Positions 21,143 to 34,506 of a DNA stretch of 39,116 bases are shown here, piece after piece. The translations under genes and the position numbers were made by a program. The stretch spans positions 38,042,308 through 38,081,423 of the forward strand of contig NC_068996.1 in NCBI RefSeq assembly GCF_001194135.2, read 5' to 3'. This DNA is from Octopus bimaculoides. Lineage: Eukaryota. The stretch's first letter is position 1, and every line of letters starts with the position of its first letter. The notes under the pieces are model-generated. The model made no database searches. It was given only the letters and a program-made list of their open reading frames with translations, and was not told where the DNA came from.

Positions 21143-22305
21143 ATATAAGAATAGCCTGGGCAAAGTTCAGAGAGCTCTTACCTCTGCTGGTGACAAAGGG
21201 TCTCTCACTCAGAGTAAAAAGCAGACTGTATGACGCATGTGTACGAACAGCCATGCTACATGGCAGTGAAACATGGGCCGTGACTGCTCAGGACATGCGT
21301 AAGCTCACAAGGAATGAAGCCAGTATGCTCCGATAGATGTATAATGTCTGTGCATACTCGACAGTGTAAGTACCTTGAGAGAAAAGTTGGACCTAAGAAG
21401 CATTAGTTGTGGTGTGCAAGAGAGACGACTGCGCTGGTATGGTCATGTGGTGAGAATGGATGAGGATAGCTGTGTGAAAAAGTGCCACACCCCAGCGGTT
21501 GAGGGAACCTGTGGAAGAGGTAGACCCAGGAAGACTTGGGATAAGGTGGTGAAGCACAACCTTCGAATATTAGGCCTCATCAAGGCAATGACTTGTGACC
21601 GAGACCTTTGAAAATATACTGTGCATGAGAAGACCCGGCAAGCCAAATGAGACCATCATCCAAGGCCTCTGCCAGGGGTGTAGCCAGCCCACTTATGCGT
21701 ACCTTTCCTTCATTGGACACTAAACTCCGCTTGCGAAGACCTGTTGAGGCAAGTGAAATCGAAATCGAACTGAATTCAACGACTGGCCCCCATGCCAATC
21801 TCTCCTTCATTGGACACTAAACTCGGCTTGCAAAGACCTGTTGGGGCAAGTGAAAGCGAAATCGTGATGGTACCTGTACCAGTGGAGCGCTAAGAGCACC
21901 ATCCGAGTGTAATCATTGCCAGAGCAGCTTTCTCGCTCCCATACCAGTGGCACGTAAATAGCACCATTTGAGCGTGATCGTTCCCAGCGTCGCCTTCCTG
22001 GCACGTGAAAAGACATTTGAGCGAGGTCATTGCCAGTGCCACTGGACTGGCTCCTGTGCAGGTGGCACATAAAATACACCATTTTGAGCGTGACCATTGC
22101 CAGTACCACCTGACTGGCCTTCGTATTGGTGGCACATAAAAGCACCCATTACACTCTTGGAGTGGTTGGCATTAGGAAGGGCATCCAGCTGTAGAAACTC
22201 TGCCAAATCAGATTGGAGCCTGGTGTAGCCATCTGGTTCACCAGTCCTCAGTCAAATCGTCCAACCCATGCTAGCATGAAAAGTGGACGTTAAACGATAA
22301 TGATG
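21143..22305 (+). mobile_element. 5'-truncated RTE LINE (RT C-terminus, long 3'UTR, GAT tail)
   Basis: IRIAWAKFRELLPLLVTKGLSLRVKSRLYDACVRTAMLHGSETWAV...RRLRWYGHVVRM...GRGRPRKTW, with stops and frameshifts. Confidence 0.9.
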
Positions 22306-23689
22306 TGTGTTTTGTAAGAATGTAACCACATCAAATCTTCTACCTTTGTTCAAAGTTCTCTTTCCGTTGATCTAAGTATGAGAGACAGCAAGATTCCTCT
22401 TTGAATTTTGGGGCACAATTTCACCATATCTTTTTTTATATATTTCTAATAAGATTATGGAATTTTAGTTTGATATCTGTTGCATTGAAATTGTTCTTCT
22501 CCATAACCAGTAATGATTTGTTGAAAAGCCTAAACTATCCATGTACAAACCATAAATATATAACAATGAGGTTTAATTGCATTGGAGAAATGACCATTTA
22601 TTAATATAATTATTGTGTTATTCATTAAAATATAGAAAATAACTTTTTATAGCTATTTGCGTATACACAAATTATTTGTAGATCTCCAGTCTATTCTTTA
22701 TGCTAGCTATTTTCATCTCTGAGACTGCTAGAGAGAGAGGGAAAGAGCAAGAGAGTCAAGGCAGATAGAAATGATAAGTGCTGTATCATCCTTCATATAA
22801 TGATATTACTTCTCTATCATCAATGAAAAGAAAAAGGACGGAAGAAAATGATGTGTGGTCTTTGGCTAGACACCAAGTGACCAAAGAGAATGAACATATT
22901 TGTTGTTGCATTTTTATATCTATCTAACTAATTCAGATTAAGCTAAAAACAAGGGATTCTTCCTCTCTAATCAGGCTTGACCTTCAAATAACTTGAAAAG
23001 GTTTAAGAAGTCAACTTATTCTCATTAATTACTTAGTGCAAAAAGTGAGAACAATTGGCCAAGGACTTGTTTGATTGAAACTGTGGATTTGATTTTGAAT
23101 CTTGGCTTGGGTATTTGGTAGCTGTCTGTTACAAATATATTTCTCTAGAATCCTTTTCAAAGAATTGGTTCATCATTTCTGGGTGATATTCCTGGGAAAA
23201 AGTGACATTTCAAGCCAACAAAAATCAAAAGAATTCATTCAACTACAAGGAGTAGTTGAATGAATTGAAAAACTGGGTGTTCCCATGTTTTAATAGCTTT
23301 TTGCATTCCACTTCTGCAAAGTTATAAATTTCTTTTACCTGTGTTACATGAACTATGAATATGTGAGAAATATTAAGAAACTTTTCATAAGTGCTTTTAT
23401 ATCAGCTGGTAATAAACTAATAGCTTTTTGAAGACAGTTACACACAATGTATGTCCCAAAGCCTATCCTAATGAAATCCCTTCTAAGTTCAGTTCTTGCT
23501 TTTTTGATTTACTCCACCAAAATTTGTGTTGTAGTTGTTTCCACAAAATGTAGTATCTTTTTTTCATCAACCTGTGATTGTCAATAACTAAGATTAGTCA
23601 AATCTCAGAATTCTCAACTGGAACAGTACACATATCAAAAAATTTGACTTGTACTCCTGATCAGGAATGTAATATCCTTTCTGCTCTAG

Positions 23690-23885
23690 CTACAAGACCT
23701 AAAATTTTTGGGGAAGTGGTTTTGTTGATTACATTGGTCCCAGTGCACAACTGGTACTCATATTATTGAAAGGATGAAAGTCAAAGTCAGCTTTGGAGAA
23801 ATATGAACTCAGAACATAAAGTTGGACAAAATGCTACTAAGCTATTTGTCCAGCATGTTAAAGATTCTGCCAGCTGACTGCCTTC
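23690..23885 (-). mobile_element. SINE (family A), degenerate
   Basis: Reverse-complement motifs as at 273-480. Confidence 0.65.
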
Positions 23886-24318
23886 TGGAAATGTAATATT
23901 GAATATTTAAAAGTACCTTAACATCTTTTTGATTTGAAACATCTATCAAAATTGTCACAAAATCTGCCACTGCAAGATCTTTACCAAACTTAGATTTAAC
24001 CATTTATGCAAATACATTTAAAATTATGGCTTCACTTTTCGTCTGCATAAGATGAAAGTTTGGCTCAAAAATTCTATTGAGTAACTTTTACAAACTGCTG
24101 GATGTTATGAAAATCAAATTATGAGAAACAGTATGCAAAGCAAAAGAGAATTTTTTAGTAGCAATGAGAATTTCCAATTTGATTATTTCTGACTTAGACA
24201 AAATGGTAATGAACCAACAATGAGAAGTGATTTGTGCTTTTGCAACTTCAAAAGGTTTTTAATATCTAACCTACCTTCATTCAGCATAGAAAACTCTGCA
24301 AACAAATTGTCATATTCT

Positions 24319-27300
24319 ATCATCATCATCATCATCATGGTTTAACGTCCGTTTTCCATGCTGGAATGGGTTTGACAGTTTGACTGAAGACTGGCAAGCC
24401 AGGAGGTGGCATCAGACTCCAATCTGATCTGGCAAGGTTTCTACAGCTGGATGCCCTTCCTAATGCCAACCACTCTGAGAGTGTAGTGGGTGTTTTTCAC
24501 ATGCTACTAGCACAGGAGCCAGTCAGGTGGCACTGGTATCAGCCATGTTCAGATAGTGCTTTTTACATGCCATTGGCATGGGAGCCAGTCAGGCGGCACT
24601 GGCGTTGACCACGTTCAGATGGTGCTTTTTACATGCCACCAGCACGGGGAGCCAGTCAGGCAGCACTGGCATCAATCCACATTTGAATGGTGCTTATTAC
24701 GTGCCACCAGCATGGGTTCCAGTCAGACGGCACTAGCATTGGCCATGATTACTATTTCACTTGACACAATAGGTTTTCTAAAGCAGAGCGTGTTGCCTGG
24801 CAATTCAAGGGTACTTTTAAATGGGCTGGATATGCGACACTGGTATCAGCCACAGCTGCAATCTTGCTTTACTTTCTGGGTCTTCCCAATCACAACATAT
24901 CTCTAAAGGTCTCAGTCTCTTGTCATTGCCTCTGGGAGGCCCGAAGTGCGAAGGTCATGTTTCATCCCAGGTCTTCTTGGGTCTACCTTTTCCATAGGTT
25001 CCTTCCATTGTTAGGGCGTGACACTTCTTCACTCAGCTGTCCTCATACATTCGTAACACATGACCATACCAGTGCAGTTGTCTCTCTTACACACCACATC
25101 TAATGCTTCTTATGTCCAACTTATCTCTCAGGGCGCTTACACTCTCTTTTATATGTGTACTGACATTACACATCCAGCAGATCATTCTAGCTTCATTTCT
25201 TTCAACCCAACACATGTCCTCAGCAGCCATGGCCCATGTTTCATTGCCATGTAGCATGGCTGTTCACACACATGCATAATACAGTCTACCTTTTACTCTG
25301 AGCGAGAGGTCCTTTGTTACCAGCAAAGGTAGGAGCTTTCTAAACTCTGCCCAGGCTATTCTTTTTCTAGCAGCTACACTCTCCGAGCATCCACCTCCAC
25401 CACAGACTATCAGCTACTTCTAGTTTCTACCCTTGGAATGTGATGGAATCTGTTTTTTGTACATTTTCGATGTTTATTGCCCCTGTGCTTCTGTCGCACA
25501 AAAACTATCTTCCCGGATAGCCTTCCTTTGATATTGCTGGACCTCTTATGTGTCCATAACTTACTTCAGGTACATCTTATGGAGTTTCTACCTACGTCTT
25601 TTCTACATATCGAGTAGGGCCATCTACCTGAAAGGGCTTGTGATTTGTCTGCCTTCCTACTTACTAGGACTTTGGTTTTTGCTAGATTGACTCTAAGGCC
25701 CTTCAATTCTAGACCTTACTTCCACACATAAAACTTCTCTAGTTCTGATAGTGACTTAGCTATTAGAGCAAGGTCATCAGCATACAGAAGCCAAGTACAG
25801 AGGTTTATCTTTAGCTTGGAATTTCTCCTGCAATCGCCTTACCAGAAATATAGCGACAGTGGTGCTTCTGCCTGGCACAAAACCAAACTGCATTTAGGCT
25901 AACTTTCTCCTTAATTAGTGGGCTATGACCCTCTCAGTGACTTTCACCACCTGATCAGGCAATTTGAAACTCTGTAGTTATTTCTATTTAAAGCATCACC
26001 TTTACCTTTGTTGCAGCTGACTATGGTGCTGCTATACCAGTCATTGGGTATAACTCTTTTGTGAACTATCTGATTTATAATACAGGTGACTAGACCATAA
26101 ATCACTCCACCAGATATTTTAAGCATCTCAGCAGTGATTCCTAATGGGCTGGGGGCTTTCCCAGTCTTCATATCCTTAATTGCTTTATCTACCAGGGTAC
26201 TGTCGATTTGGGTAGCTGATCCCTCAATTGGGTCAACATTTGCCGGGCTCTCCTTCTCCCATTCATTCTCCACATTCAGCAGACTTTAATAATGGCATCT
26301 CCAAGCCTCTTTCTTTGCAGAATCATTAAATGCAAGTGCACCATCATCCATGCAAACACATTTCTCTCCTATGACATCACAATTTTCTCTCAAACATTGT
26401 CTTTCAATCTGAAACACAGTCTACCTTTCACTCAGTTCTTTGGTCTTCATGTCGCTGAACATTGACAAACTTCTTTTCTGCTTCTCCCCTGGCAATATAT
26501 GCCTGTCTCCTAGCTTCCTTTCTGGCTATCTGATACAGTTCTCTGCTATTCCCACTCTTCCAGGCCTGTTTCTTTGCTCTAATGGCCCTGTCTATTCCGC
26601 CACCACGTTACCCTAAGTCTTGAGGGGACTTTGCACTAGCCACAGATTTGACCCATGGCACTCAGCAAGCTTTCCCTCAAGAATTCCCAGTTGCCCTCTA
26701 TGTCAAAAGTCAGTAGCTCCTCCTCCCTCCCATCAAATTTCTTGATTAGGATGTCCCTAAATCTCTAACCATGTGAAGGGTTCTTAAGCTTCCAAATCTT
26801 TCTTTTCCAGATTGGTCTGCTCCTTGGCATCTTTCTGGCCTTGAGTCTAAAGTCACTAGTGACTAGTCTATGCTGGGAGATACATTCTTCACCAGGAAGG
26901 GTCTTTGTATTTAAGAACAACCACACATCCCACTGTCTGGTGAGAATTAAATCAATCTGGCTAGCAGAATCACTTGATTGATAGGTTATCAGATGGCTGG
27001 CTTCCTGAAATTGTTGTTGCAGATCAATAGGTTGCTTGCATCACAGAACTCCAGTAGCCTAGTTCCCTCTTCGTTTTGGGAACCAATTCCATGGCCTCCA
27101 TGACCACCATGGAAGATACCAGGTTGCCATCTGACACACCCATTAAAATCTCCAGCCACAAAGATGAGATCATTGTCATTCATCTTTGAGGTAGCCTGCA
27201 GAAGAATATCATAAAAGTGGTCCTTCTGTTCATTTGGTAGACCCACTTGTGGGGTGTAGGCAGAGATAATTGTAGCTATACTATTCTGCAAGACTAGCCT

Positions 27301-27510
27301 GAGCTTAAGCAATCTATCGCACACCCTGACTACCTCTATGACCTTATCCACACATTTTTCTGCAAGGAGTATGCTCACACCACCTATTCCGTCACTGTTA
27401 CCTTCCCAGAAGATTTTATACCTATGTACCTTACCTGTGAGGACCCTGGATGAAGCTCCTCTCTACCTTACCTCTTGTATGCAGCATACATCAACACATC
27501 TCTAAAAACT
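24319..27510 (-). mobile_element. Near-full-length degenerate RTE LINE (APE endonuclease plus RT plus 3'UTR)
   Basis: APE: IISAYTPQVG...VAGDFNG...NEEGTRLLEFC (ORF 27378-26989). RT: KAIKDMKTGKAP..ITAEMLK..KGKGDAL.RNNYR (26273-25944), QFGFVPGRSTT. The C-terminus and tail match the other RTE copies. Confidence 0.9.
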
Positions 27511-28599
27511 GGGAAAGGGGTGTGGGAGGAAACATGGGAAGGAGAAATGTTATTCAGCAAATGAAAAGAAGGTTACTGTCATCATTTAATAGACATGTCA
27601 CACAGGTTGTTTTCACTTTTAACCTATTACAATTCAAACATGTTAAAATTGTTGAAGTTATTGTGTTAAAACTGTTTCAAAATAGTCATTTCAGAAAAAT
27701 TAATCCTTTTTTTTAATACATTTATAAAAGTACATGCACTTTTTGATATTCTAAAAATAAATCATTTTCTTTTTTTAACAGATAAATCAAAAATAAAATA
27801 AAATACGTATGAAATGTCATAGCAAAATGAAATATAAAAAGTGTATCACAATTTGCTTAGTCACTGACATATGAAAACTGGATACAATGACTCCAGAACA
27901 AGTTTTACAGACATTAATGTACAAAGAAGAAAGTTATAAAATATGTAGATTGATTTATCTATTCATAGATCAACAACCGAAAAGTTCATGTTTACAACAC
28001 GTGTGTGTGTGTGTGAAAAGCAAAAAGAATGTGAATACACATAGAAAAGAAGGTTTATATTCCTACACATATGTGCATGCACGTGTGTGTGTGCGTGCAC
28101 GTGCATGCATGCACAAGAGGAAAGAAGAATTAAATTTGGTAGTGAAAAGTCTTGTAGTTCTCTGGAATTATATTAGCTTATTTGAAACAGTAACAAAAAA
28201 AAAAGACTAAAATAAAAGTATGAAAGATGTCTTGATCAGTTGTCATCAGTGATTTGATTGCACTCTTCCAGCTGTTTTAATAATTTGACTGTGACATGAC
28301 TTTATTCATCCTAGCTCTGCAGCCTCTCTCCATGTTTCAAGGAAAAGATGTCTTATATAAAGCCTAATGTTCACAGTTATTTATATGTGTGAATCATTCA
28401 GAATTCAGAAAACTCCCTTTTTTCTCTCAGCCCAAGAAGATTCTCTGTTACCAATTGGCTTTTCTTAGGTCATCTGGTTTTTCAATAAATATTTATGTTT
28501 TTTTTTTTGTTGTTGTTTGCTTTTTATTGCAGGAACAATTCTGAATATAGTGGGTTTTGCATATGAGTAAAATAGAGGATTTTAGTTTCAGATCCTGGT

Positions 28600-28917
28600 T
28601 GGAGTCTTGCTTCAGATATTTCAAATGAGTAACTAAGAGCTATAATGGCAATCCAAAACCTAACCACTCACTCCCCAAGATTCCAAGTACAGCCACACTT
28701 TATTTCAGATGGGTTGGTATGTATCCTGTTGCTCCAGAAATAATGAACATAAAGCTGAAAATGTGTCTTGGTTACTGGATTTGCAAACTCCTTATCAACA
28801 GCTTACAGATGTTCTCTTCCTCTTGTATTTTTCTAACTACATTGGTTGCAGCTGATTTCCACAACAGAACGTATCTATTCTTTGTGATCCCACACAATAT
28901 CTGGCTGGTTGTATTTT
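28600..28917 (-). mobile_element. Old R4-clade relic, RLE (PD-D/ExK) endonuclease region
   Basis: KYNQPDIVWDHKE*IRSVVEISC / NVVRKIQEEEN..LIRSLQ..FSFMFIISGATGYIP. Confidence 0.65.
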
Positions 28918-29031
28918 AATTTGGTGGCTGTTCTAATTTTTAAGTTAAACCAATGTTCTTTTGACTCATTGGTTTCAATATAGTCACTTTTGTCTGCCTG
29001 TCTGTCTGCATGTATGTATGAATGTATGTAT

Positions 29032-29203
29032 CATCATCATCATCATCATCATCGTTTAACGTCCGCTTTCCATGCTAGCATGGGTTGGACGATTTGACTG
29101 AGGACTGGTGAAACCGGATGGCAACACCAGGCTCCAATCTAAATTTGGCAGAGTTTCTACAGCTGGATGCCCTTCCTAACACCAACCACTCAGAGAGTGT
29201 AGT
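29032..29203 (-). mobile_element. RTE 3' terminal fragment
   Basis: (CAT)n-gtttaacgtccgctttccatgctagc... Confidence 0.85.
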
Positions 29204-29784
29204 ATGTATGCATATATGTATGTATGGACAGATAGATGGATGGCCAGATGGCTGTACAGATAAACAGATGGATGGATGGTTATCATTTGTCCCAGTTTCA
29301 AGAGGGTGATTCTGGTTCATCAAAATCCCTTGTATCCCAGCCAATCTGAAATTCTGAGCCAACTTTTTGGAAATCTGGACAGATTGTATTTTTTCAATTA
29401 TTTTTAAGCCTGGTTTGAGAGAAAAAGCATAAGGTACCAATACTAATTACTGTGTCATGAGGGATTTGCTGTTGCTTCAGTTGAGCTGGTCAATGATGAC
29501 ACATTTTGTGGGTTGCATAAATAAGAACTGATGCAAATTCATAATCACTTAATTGTAATATTGCTGGACATAAAGATATTTGTTGTTGGTGAATTACAAA
29601 GAACAATATTAATAATTGCTGAATGGGGTATAAAGAAAAACTGCTCTGAAAATATAGAAAGCTAATCTGGATGGTTAACTATGATAATAAAACTTAAAGG
29701 GTAATAATAAGTTCACATCTCACCAACTTACATCTTATACAAAAAATAATGAAACTGTTTGGCAATTCTTCACATCAAGCTCTT

Positions 29785-30020
29785 AAGGGAAAGCTAATTA
29801 CTGTAATATATGTACTCAGGACATTAAATGAAAAACTTAGTTATCAAAGAAAAATTTTCAACCAAAGCAGTTTAAATCATAAATTTGCTTCCAATCCACA
29901 AGCATTATACTGAGAGATAAGGAAAAATGACATTAAAAACATTACTGTTAAGAAAGCCTCGGGAAGATCTTTAATAATTCTGGTCAAAGATCTGTAGTGA
30001 AAAGAAAGATTTTGACTTGA
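29785..30020 (+). mobile_element. Old R4-clade relic, pre-RT region
   Basis: LRTLNEKLSYQRKIF..KFASNPQALY*EI..FWSKICSEKKDF resembles the R4 pre-RT segment. Confidence 0.5.
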
Positions 30021-30479
30021 TTACATTGTTGTAATGATTCAGTTAGGAGAGAATATTGTATCAATGTCCACAGTAAAACATTTACAGCAGAACCTCAAAC
30101 TTTCACCAATGCTGTTGACAAGCCGTTAATGTTTGCTGCCCAAAGTAAGAAAGTATAACTTGATTATATGATCAAATATGGCTTGATCATATGAAGGCAT
30201 TCACCTCTAATCATCACCCATGGTTGCTGATGTCTCTTAGCTTGCTGAGCTGCTATTGTTGAATGGCTTGTGAAGATCATCTCCTATGTTATAAATAATA
30301 GGTCATTGCCAGTCGCTGTGTTGCTGGTAAAAAAAGATGTTAATCATGCATGTACCTTCATAAATTCTTCAAAGTGAAAGACTTTTTTTAAAGTCTAGGT
30401 TGCTGTGTCTATATGTTGAAAGACACAGAGAAACAAACACAAACACACGCACACATACATACACAAACAACAACAAAAA

Positions 30480-30483
<4 letters not shown>

Positions 30484-30525
<42 letters not shown>

Positions 30526-30535
30526 GATGATATAT

Positions 30536-30568
<33 letters not shown>
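30484..30568. repeat. (TA)n microsatellite
   Basis: Read directly. Confidence 0.95.
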
Positions 30569-30571
<3 letters not shown>

Positions 30572-30822
30572 CAAAACGCCTAGTTTAGAATAGAGGCAGC
30601 TGATGAAGGAAAACTTCCATAAGTAGCTCATCTATTTTCCTATGTGTTCATTCTGTTGTCCGTAAAAAAAGTTCGTTTTTTTGTGCTTTATTTATGTTCC
30701 CGTTCCTTTTTTGTCCATGTTTTTTTACGTCCTGTACCCGGATATACATCTATATATACATGTAGATGTAGGTATGTACATATATGTATGTATACATGCA
30801 TATGCTCACATATCATTTGTAT

Positions 30823-30860
<38 letters not shown>

Positions 30861-31320
30861 CCATATATATATGAGAGATATTGATATCCAGAAGACCCAA
30901 GATGGCAGGTAAGACTATGTAAGCGCTATGGAAGGACCATAGTTAGACTCATGGTTCAATAATAATATGATTGAGAGTTCTAATGCATGTCTTATGTGGG
31001 CATGTATATGTTAAATAAAATGAGACAACAAAACCAAGGCTGTGTGGAATTTATAGGACATTTATAAAGAGAAAGGTAGTCTTGCTGCTGTTTCTGGGAT
31101 ATTAGAGATATCCCTTCATCACAGACGGTATGAGAAAGTTAACTAGAGGGAAATAGTAGAGTTCAATATAAGGAGTTATTTTGTAAAAGGATGGATACAG
31201 GAAGTGTAAAGAGAAATAAGAGAATAAAAATACAATTAAAAATATATGTAGGATGTTACAGTTGCTGTTCCATTATCCAAGGAAAGTGCTGTGTTTACAA
31301 TACCGGATAAAAAAAGAAGA

Positions 31321-31565
31321 AAAGAACAGCTGGAGTTAAAAAAGACATTTTCAGCTGACATAGGAATGGAATTTGGCCAAAAGAAGTGTTTGTATTTCAT
31401 TGCTGAACAATGAAAATCAGTCTCTCAAACCCCAAACCAGTGGATCAATAGTCTCTCTATCTTTCTTGTTTCTCAGAAAGAATTCTACAAATATCTGGAT
31501 ATTGATGAAGACATATTGCACAAAGGCATTGTGAACAAAAACTGAATGACTCAAGAATATTATCC
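31321..31565 (+). mobile_element. Old R4-clade relic, RT domains 6-7
   Basis: TFSADIGMEFGQKKC...FYKYLDIDEDI..G.VNK..MTQEYY. Confidence 0.7.
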
Positions 31566-32122
31566 AAAACAGAAAAATATTATCCAAGATTTTGAAAAAA
31601 TAATTCAAAAGAATCTTGAAATATTTTAACTGAGGAAGGCTTATGTAATAGATGCATTTCCTATTACATATTACATCAAACCTGAACCATACATATCAAA
31701 TGATTTCAAAATACCTCTATTTGGTTTGACTTCCTTATTACAACTCAATGTCAGTGTAAACTACCTGATCTAGACTCCACTTATATGCATACTTCAACAA
31801 CAAATTGGAGTGCTTTGTAACATTTGATATGAGTCAAAAATTCTGGTTCAGTGCACTGTTGCTTAGCATAACACAGTACGTGTGTGTACACGGCCAATTT
31901 CCTGTTCACCATGTGAATTTTTTCCCAAGTTATTGAAGCACGAACATCGAACTGTGACATCACGTGATCTTTCTCAACCAATTGCAGCCCATCAACCGTT
32001 AACTATCTCAGACTTCCTCCACCTATATTCTTATTCAAATTTCTACTGCCCAATGATAAGCTCCATGAGCTTTGAAACTTTAAGCCGCACAGATTTTGAA
32101 TCAAACAGTTTTGATCCACACA

Positions 32123-32195
<73 letters not shown>

Positions 32196-33669
32196 TCATG
32201 TGTATGTGAACTTTAGGTTAGTTAAAGTATGTTTGTGACATACTTTTGCTTCTAATGGCAAATTCACTGCTGTTGCCATGGAGAAAAAATCTCCGATGGT
32301 AAAAGATATAAAAACATCATATCTGTTCAGTGTTTCCCTCTAGCAGATTATGTATTATATTCATAGTAATATTGTAATATAAATAAATTATTGAATGTCT
32401 ATAGAATATCTCATGTGCCATATCGGCTATCATTGCATTTAGATACAGTGAATGATTGGTTTTTTTGCTAAGGTCAAACTTTGCCTTTGTTAATAATTTT
32501 TTCAAGTTTTTAGGCTGTAGATGGATGGATAGGTAGATAGATAGATATACATGTGTACATATATATAGATTATATATATGTATATAATCTATATATAGTT
32601 AAAAAGATTCAGGTAAAAATCTTGTAGAATGCTATGCAAAGCTTGTCCACAGTTATTGGCTACCTGCTGTTATCATACCATGGAAATGCTCCAGCTACTT
32701 GATTATACATCAGGAATTCATAGTATCCATAGAGGTTATATAAATAGATAAATGATAGAAAATGGAATGAATAACATATGACATTCTTTATTTAACATCA
32801 CTACAATTGTTTTGACACATTTTTACACCTATAGTACATTGCAGAGATATTATGTAATCATTATCATGCGTAAAGGCTGTAAAATGCGCCTCCTCGGGTG
32901 ACTGTCTAAATGAGTCCTTTCGTAGATCCTACTGTCATTTCACTCAGTGTGAGAATGTATGCCCAAAGTAGTGTATCATTTCCAACAGTCTATTGACAAA
33001 ACTAAACTCATAAATTACAATTAAAATACAAAAATACACAGACAAAAGAAAAAAAAAGGGTCTAGTTGACAATAGATTACCATTCTATCTTGACGATTAG
33101 ATTATAAAGAAGAAAGTTTTAAACAGACTGAAGAATAGAATCAAGAACAAAACTAAAGATGTAGAAATAAACAATCACCTGAGGAGGTGCATTTTACACC
33201 TTGGGTATATGATAATGATTACACATCTCACCAATGTATTAAAATGTAAAAATGTGTTGAAACAATTGAAGTAATTTTAAATAAAGCATGTCATTCTTTC
33301 CATTTTCTATCTATCTGTCTTGTTTGTCTGTCTGCCAGCCTGTCTATCTGTCTGACAGTCTGTCTGTCTGTGTATATATATATATATGTGTGTGTGTGTG
33401 TAACATTAACTAAGAGCATGTGGTATTTGAAAAGGTTAATCAAAAGCTCCCACACACTAGAAAAAAAACTTCCATAAAAAGTTAGTAACAACCTGATAAA
33501 AGATTTTATAACTTTAAAAAAAATTTTTTTTTTTTTAAATCCCCTTTGTACTTAAAAACTGTATTAAGTAATTTTCACAAAGACTTTCAAGTATACACAC
33601 ACACACAAACATATATATATATATATAGCTCGAAACACCAAAGACTTTTTCTATTCCCGAGCGTTAAAC

Positions 33670-34349
33670 NNNNNNNNNNNNNNNNNNNNNNNNNNNNNNN
33701 NNNNNNNNNNNNNNNNNNNNNNNNNNNNNNNNNNNNNNNNNNNNNNNNNNNNNNNNNNNNNNNNNNNNNNNNNNNNNNNNNNNNNNNNNNNNNNNNNNNN
33801 NNNNNNNNNNNNNNNNNNNNNNNNNNNNNNNNNNNNNNNNNNNNNNNNNNNNNNNNNNNNNNNNNNNNNNNNNNNNNNNNNNNNNNNNNNNNNNNNNNNN
33901 NNNNNNNNNNNNNNNNNNNNNNNNNNNNNNNNNNNNNNNNNNNNNNNNNNNNNNNNNNNNNNNNNNNNNNNNNNNNNNNNNNNNNNNNNNNNNNNNNNNN
34001 NNNNNNNNNNNNNNNNNNNNNNNNNNNNNNNNNNNNNNNNNNNNNNNNNNNNNNNNNNNNNNNNNNNNNNNNNNNNNNNNNNNNNNNNNNNNNNNNNNNN
34101 NNNNNNNNNNNNNNNNNNNNNNNNNNNNNNNNNNNNNNNNNNNNNNNNNNNNNNNNNNNNNNNNNNNNNNNNNNNNNNNNNNNNNNNNNNNNNNNNNNNN
34201 NNNNNNNNNNNNNNNNNNNNNNNNNNNNNNNNNNNNNNNNNNNNNNNNNNNNNNNNNNNNNNNNNNNNNNNNNNNNNNNNNNNNNNNNNNNNNNNNNNNN
34301 NNNNNNNNNNNNNNNNNNNNNNNNNNNNNNNNNNNNNNNNNNNNNNNNN
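33670..34349. other. Assembly gap (680 N)
   Basis: Run of N. Confidence 1.
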
Positions 34350-34506
34350 ATCCAACGGAGCATACTGGCTTCATTCCTTGCGAGCTTACATATGTCCTCA
34401 GCAGTTACAGCCCATGTTTCACTGCCATGTAGCATGGTTGTTCGTACGCATGCGTCATACAGTCTGCCTTTTACTCTGAGTGAGAGTCCCTTTGTCGCCA
34501 GCAGGG
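34350..34506 (-). mobile_element. RTE RT C-terminal fragment, 5'-truncated at (TA)n
   Basis: PLLATKGLSLRVKGRLYDACVRTTMLHGSETWAVTAEDICKLARNEASMLRW, same family as the 21143 copy. Confidence 0.9.

Noticed and set aside
28533-28630. Strong plus-strand acceptor (tttttattgcag|) as a coding exon
   Set aside because: All three frames stop within about 40 nt, and it adjoins an R4 relic.
32560-32597. 17-bp-arm palindrome; also shorter ones at 30166-30192 and about 38606-38630
   Set aside because: Short or built from TA-rich self-complementary sequence; expected by chance.
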